Source: the human T2T-CHM13v2.0 reference genome, Homo sapiens. From it: 64,000 bases of DNA. The stretch's first letter is position 1. The number at the start of each line of letters is the position of its first letter. A program made the position numbers and the translations under genes. A model generated the notes under the pieces. That model saw only the letters and a list, made by a program, of their open reading frames with translations, did not search any database and was not told the DNA's origin. Below are positions 60,720 to 64,000 of the stretch, one piece after another. The DNA is taken from NCBI RefSeq assembly GCF_009914755.1, contig NC_060936.1; one strand, 5' to 3'.

Positions 60720-61270
60720 GAGTCCTTTTTGACAGGGTTACTAAACCTGCACATCAGTGAAATACAGTGGATATCAGAAACCTAGACTTCATCAAGGCTA
60801 AAAGGCTTGACAAAGTCTTTTTTAATACCCTTGCAAAAGAAAGAGTAAATGTTAATAAAACTGGATGGATTTGAAATGAATTGAAAAGCCATTTCTTGAG
60901 GATACTGATTAATGATGAAATAATGTCACTCTCTGTGGGCTTTGCCTTCTGCCTCATCTTGTTCAACAATTTTATCAATGACTTGAATGAGGACAGGAAA
61001 CATATGTGTATTATATTTGCACCTGATAAAAAGCTTAGAAGGGTAAGGAATATGTTGGATGACAATATGCCAGTATCATGAATCAAAAAGATCTTGACAG
61101 GCTAGAAAGATAGGCCAAATCTAACAAGATGGAATTTAATCAGGATAAATATAAGGCCATTACAACAACAAAAAACAAAGAAACAAAAGAAGCATGCTAT
61201 TTAGGTACAGGCTGAGGGAGCTGTGGCTTAAAGGCAGCAGGTGAAATGATGACTGAGGAATTTAGTTGAG
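60720..61270 (+). mobile_element. L3/CR1 LINE RT fragment
   Basis: Track ORF 60881-61081 LFNNFINDLNED...IFAPDKKL matches CR1 RT LFNIFINDL...KFADDTKL; followed by CAAAAAGATCTTGACAGGCTAGAA (QKDLDRLE). Confidence 0.85.
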
Positions 61271-61289
61271 TTCACAGAAATCTTCACAG

Positions 61290-61865
61290 TATTGTGAATT
61301 GTCATTAAGAGCTTGTTCTTTAGCATCAAAAGGATGGGGAGTTAAAGTCCTGAATCTGACACTTATTCAAGATTAATCTTGGTAAATTACTTAATCGCTC
61401 CACACCTCAGTTTCCTTATATATAAAATGACATTGATAATAGTAAAATCTTCAACATGAAGTCTATGTTACTTTTTTATGTAAGCGCTGAGCCTTAATTC
61501 TTGAATAGTTCATTACTGAACATTTCCTTGAATATAACTTCCTTTTCCCATCTTTCAGTGGGAGAAGAGATAGAAAGGAAGACATGAGGAGGTAAAGGGG
61601 AAGTAGAAAAGAAAACAGAGATGAAAGAAATTAACCAATGTTTATTGAGCAACTACTTTGGTCCAGGTACACTGTGAGACACTCTATATATGTGAAGTCA
61701 TTTAATTCTCATAGCAAAATGTAACAAAGATATAATCTCCATGTTAGACATGAGAAAACTGAGGGTTAGAAAGAATAGTTTCCCCAAAGTCAAAAGACAG
61801 AAAATAGCAAAATTGGACTTTGAACCCAGGTATGCACTCTGAGACCAAGATTCTCACCTCCACCT
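61290..61865. mobile_element. Two MIR fragments (+ ~61290-61450; - ~61630-61865)
   Basis: CCTCAGTTTCCTTATATATAAAATG and ATGAGAAAACTGAGG...TTTGAACCCAGG cores. Confidence 0.75.
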
Positions 61866-62136
61866 TCCATTCACCTCAGGAAAGAGTCCTTTGTGGTCTC
61901 TTAAATGACAGGTATCCTCCACATTCCCTCACTCTATCTGTATGGTCTAAAATTCAACTTGAAATATTATTCTATTACCACATTTATATTAATGTTATTT
62001 GGTTTGGTCAATCTGTGAGAATGTATTTTAACACATTAAGTTATGTCTATGACTCAACATGCCTAAATAAATTCAGTAGACACAATAACATTCTTGATAG
62101 TCATCCCATTTCTTTAATAGTAACCCTTCCCATTAC

Positions 62137-62296
62137 TGGTTCCTAAAAAGTTTTCTTCCATGGGCCTCTTTATGTAATTTTGCTTTTTTTGTATTTTTAT
62201 TTAAGTCATTCCTTCTTCTTATTTTCCACCAACGGCACATAAGCAAACCATGAAGCAAGCCAGCAGCAGTGGCAGCAGAACTACTTATTATATAAA
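62137..62296 (-). pseudogene. Candidate exon A, transmembrane-like (alternative acceptor would start it at 62320)
   Basis: Acceptor tttatttctttcag|TT; phase-1 reading YIISSSAATAAGLLHGLLMCRWWKIRRR (hydrophobic run, Cys, basic patch); weak donor CCA|gtaatg. Confidence 0.4.
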
Positions 62297-63299
62297 CTGA
62301 AAGAAATAAATTTATTCCACCTAATAAAAAATGCAATGCTATGCACTTGTAGGTTATCACCTATACCAAAGTAATTTGGAAAGAGGCCAGCAGGGACACA
62401 TAGCTACAGGGAGAACATTATATTCCTCCCACTGTCAAAGTCCCATGCTACCCACACGCTTCCATCCTTCAAAACTAAAGTCAAACATCACATTTCCTGT
62501 GAAGTTCTGCCTGACCACATCTCCACCCCAGGTGAGAGTTGATCACACTTTCCTTTGCTCCATATCTTTAATATTTCTTATAGAGCACTCGGTATACTGA
62601 ACTGCAAAAATTTGCTGATAAAACAAGATGTTAAATTATAAATTTAAATGAAGGAATCAACACAATAGATATTACATTCCAAAGGAGGTGCTAGACCATT
62701 TGCAGAATTTTAAAAATAGATAATTAGAATAGTTAAACAATACCTGAATCCCTCATCCACCTTGAAATTATAGAAAAAATGAAAATTGAGATAAAGGATG
62801 GATTTCTAATTAGGTTTCTTTCTTCTAAGACTCTACTTAAGAGTCCCATCCTCCTTGGAGATACAGGAGCTCTCAAGCCTAATAAGGGAGCACCAATGAG
62901 TCTGCTTTTGAAGCTTAGCATGTGAACCTCGAAGCTAGGAGGAACACAGGGGAATAGTATCTGACTCCCACCCAAGAAATCTGGAGGCAGTAGAAATGGG
63001 CTAATGAGCTGCAATTATCTCAGAGCATTGGAGTGTTGCTGCCACGTATAAGAAACAGTTTGCAATAGCAAAGTATGCTGAGGCAAGGCATTTTCCAGCC
63101 TATGACATTCTGCCTTTGAAGTCTACTCTATGGAAAATGTTCTTTTTAAGCTTGTCAATGACTACCTCCTTCTGAGAAAGTCAATAAACTCTTCTAAATC
63201 CTTGTGATGACTCAACAGCTCTGAATGAGTTAGTGTATGCTTTCGTATTCAAACTTTCACCTTCCTTGGTTTCTGTGATCATTCAATAAGGTATTACGC

Positions 63300-64000
63300 A
63301 AAGACCATAGGCTTTGAAGTCAAACAGACGTAAGTTTGATTTAATATAATCAATGGGTGCTTATTGAATGCACAGTGTGTACCAGGAACCAAACTAGGTT
63401 CTGAGGATCAATGTTAAACAAAGCAGACATGGAACAATGTTAGACACAGAACAACATGCCCTTACTACGCTTAATATTTTACCCAGCTATGCCACTTTCC
63501 AGCTATATTACCTTGGGAAAATTTGTTAAATTATCTGTGCATAAGCTTTCTCATCTAATAAAGGAGAATAATATTACCTATTTCATGGGCTTTGTTATGA
63601 GGATTAAATGGGGCAAATTAAGTAAATTGCCTATCAATCTCTAACAGACACATAATAGTCATTCAATAAATGTCCAAGCATTTCACCTTCCCACACTCTC
63701 CTTACCACCTCATCTATTCCCTGCATATTCTTATATCTCCTACTGCTTTTGCTCCACTTATTCTTTAATTATCTCAGTCCTGCCCTAGTCAGCAGATATG
63801 AAATGCCTGCATTCCCCAAAGGTTTCCCAGCTCTGTCTTTCCTCATTCTTTACTTTCTCCCTAAGGAAACTTATTCACTCCCTTGGCATCAGCTACCACT
63901 TCTAAGCAATTCCTGCTTCAAGCTATGTCTTCAAATGTGATCCCTACTTCCTATCTCACATTCCCATGATGTCTCTATCTCAGCATGTGAAAAAATAAAT
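63300..64000 (+). mobile_element. MIR (with an internal L2 piece) followed by an L2 fragment
   Basis: GGCTTTGAAGTCAAACAGAC...TTGTTATGAGGATTAAATG...CATTCAATAAATG; the L2-like pyrimidine-rich tail runs off the window. Confidence 0.6.

Noticed and set aside
62133-62360. Single-exon 75-aa membrane microprotein as listed in the ORF track
   Set aside because: The start is non-ATG (GTG) and the 5' part looks like intron/acceptor sequence, so it is treated as candidate exon A instead.

Overview
Primate (most likely human or great-ape) nuclear DNA, AT-rich and CpG-poor, with no CpG island and no intact protein-coding gene I can recognise. More than half is interspersed repeat: a disabled L1PA3-like element (1-5318), a 5'-truncated L1PA12-14-like element with TSDs (46160-49174), a full-length L1PB1-like element with a 15-bp TSD (53137-60018), older L1M, L2, L3/CR1, MIR and MamSINE1 fragments, about a dozen Alu/FLAM copies, MaLR and ERVL LTRs, and DNA transposons (near-complete Tigger4/Zombi, Tigger3b, MER2, MER20, MER46C, MER5A, MADE2). 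Nearly all long ORFs in the track are L1 or Tigger remnants or Alu noise. The main unexplained signal is a chain of six minus-strand exon-like segments in non-repeat DNA (about 62.3 kb down to 30.3 kb). After repairing two 1-bp frameshifts and one stop codon, they splice into a small single-pass membrane protein with a juxtamembrane Cys, a basic patch and tyrosine motifs (YDFI, YSLA, EPEDYDMV). This resembles SCIMP-type transmembrane adaptors and suggests a candidate unitary pseudogene. The window also holds several local template-switch scars: a 166-bp inverted self-copy inside an L1, a 100-bp neighbour copy inside an MLT1C, and a 68-bp quasi-palindrome. Repeat subfamily names come from recalled consensus sequences, mismatch counts are hand counts, and no database search was run.
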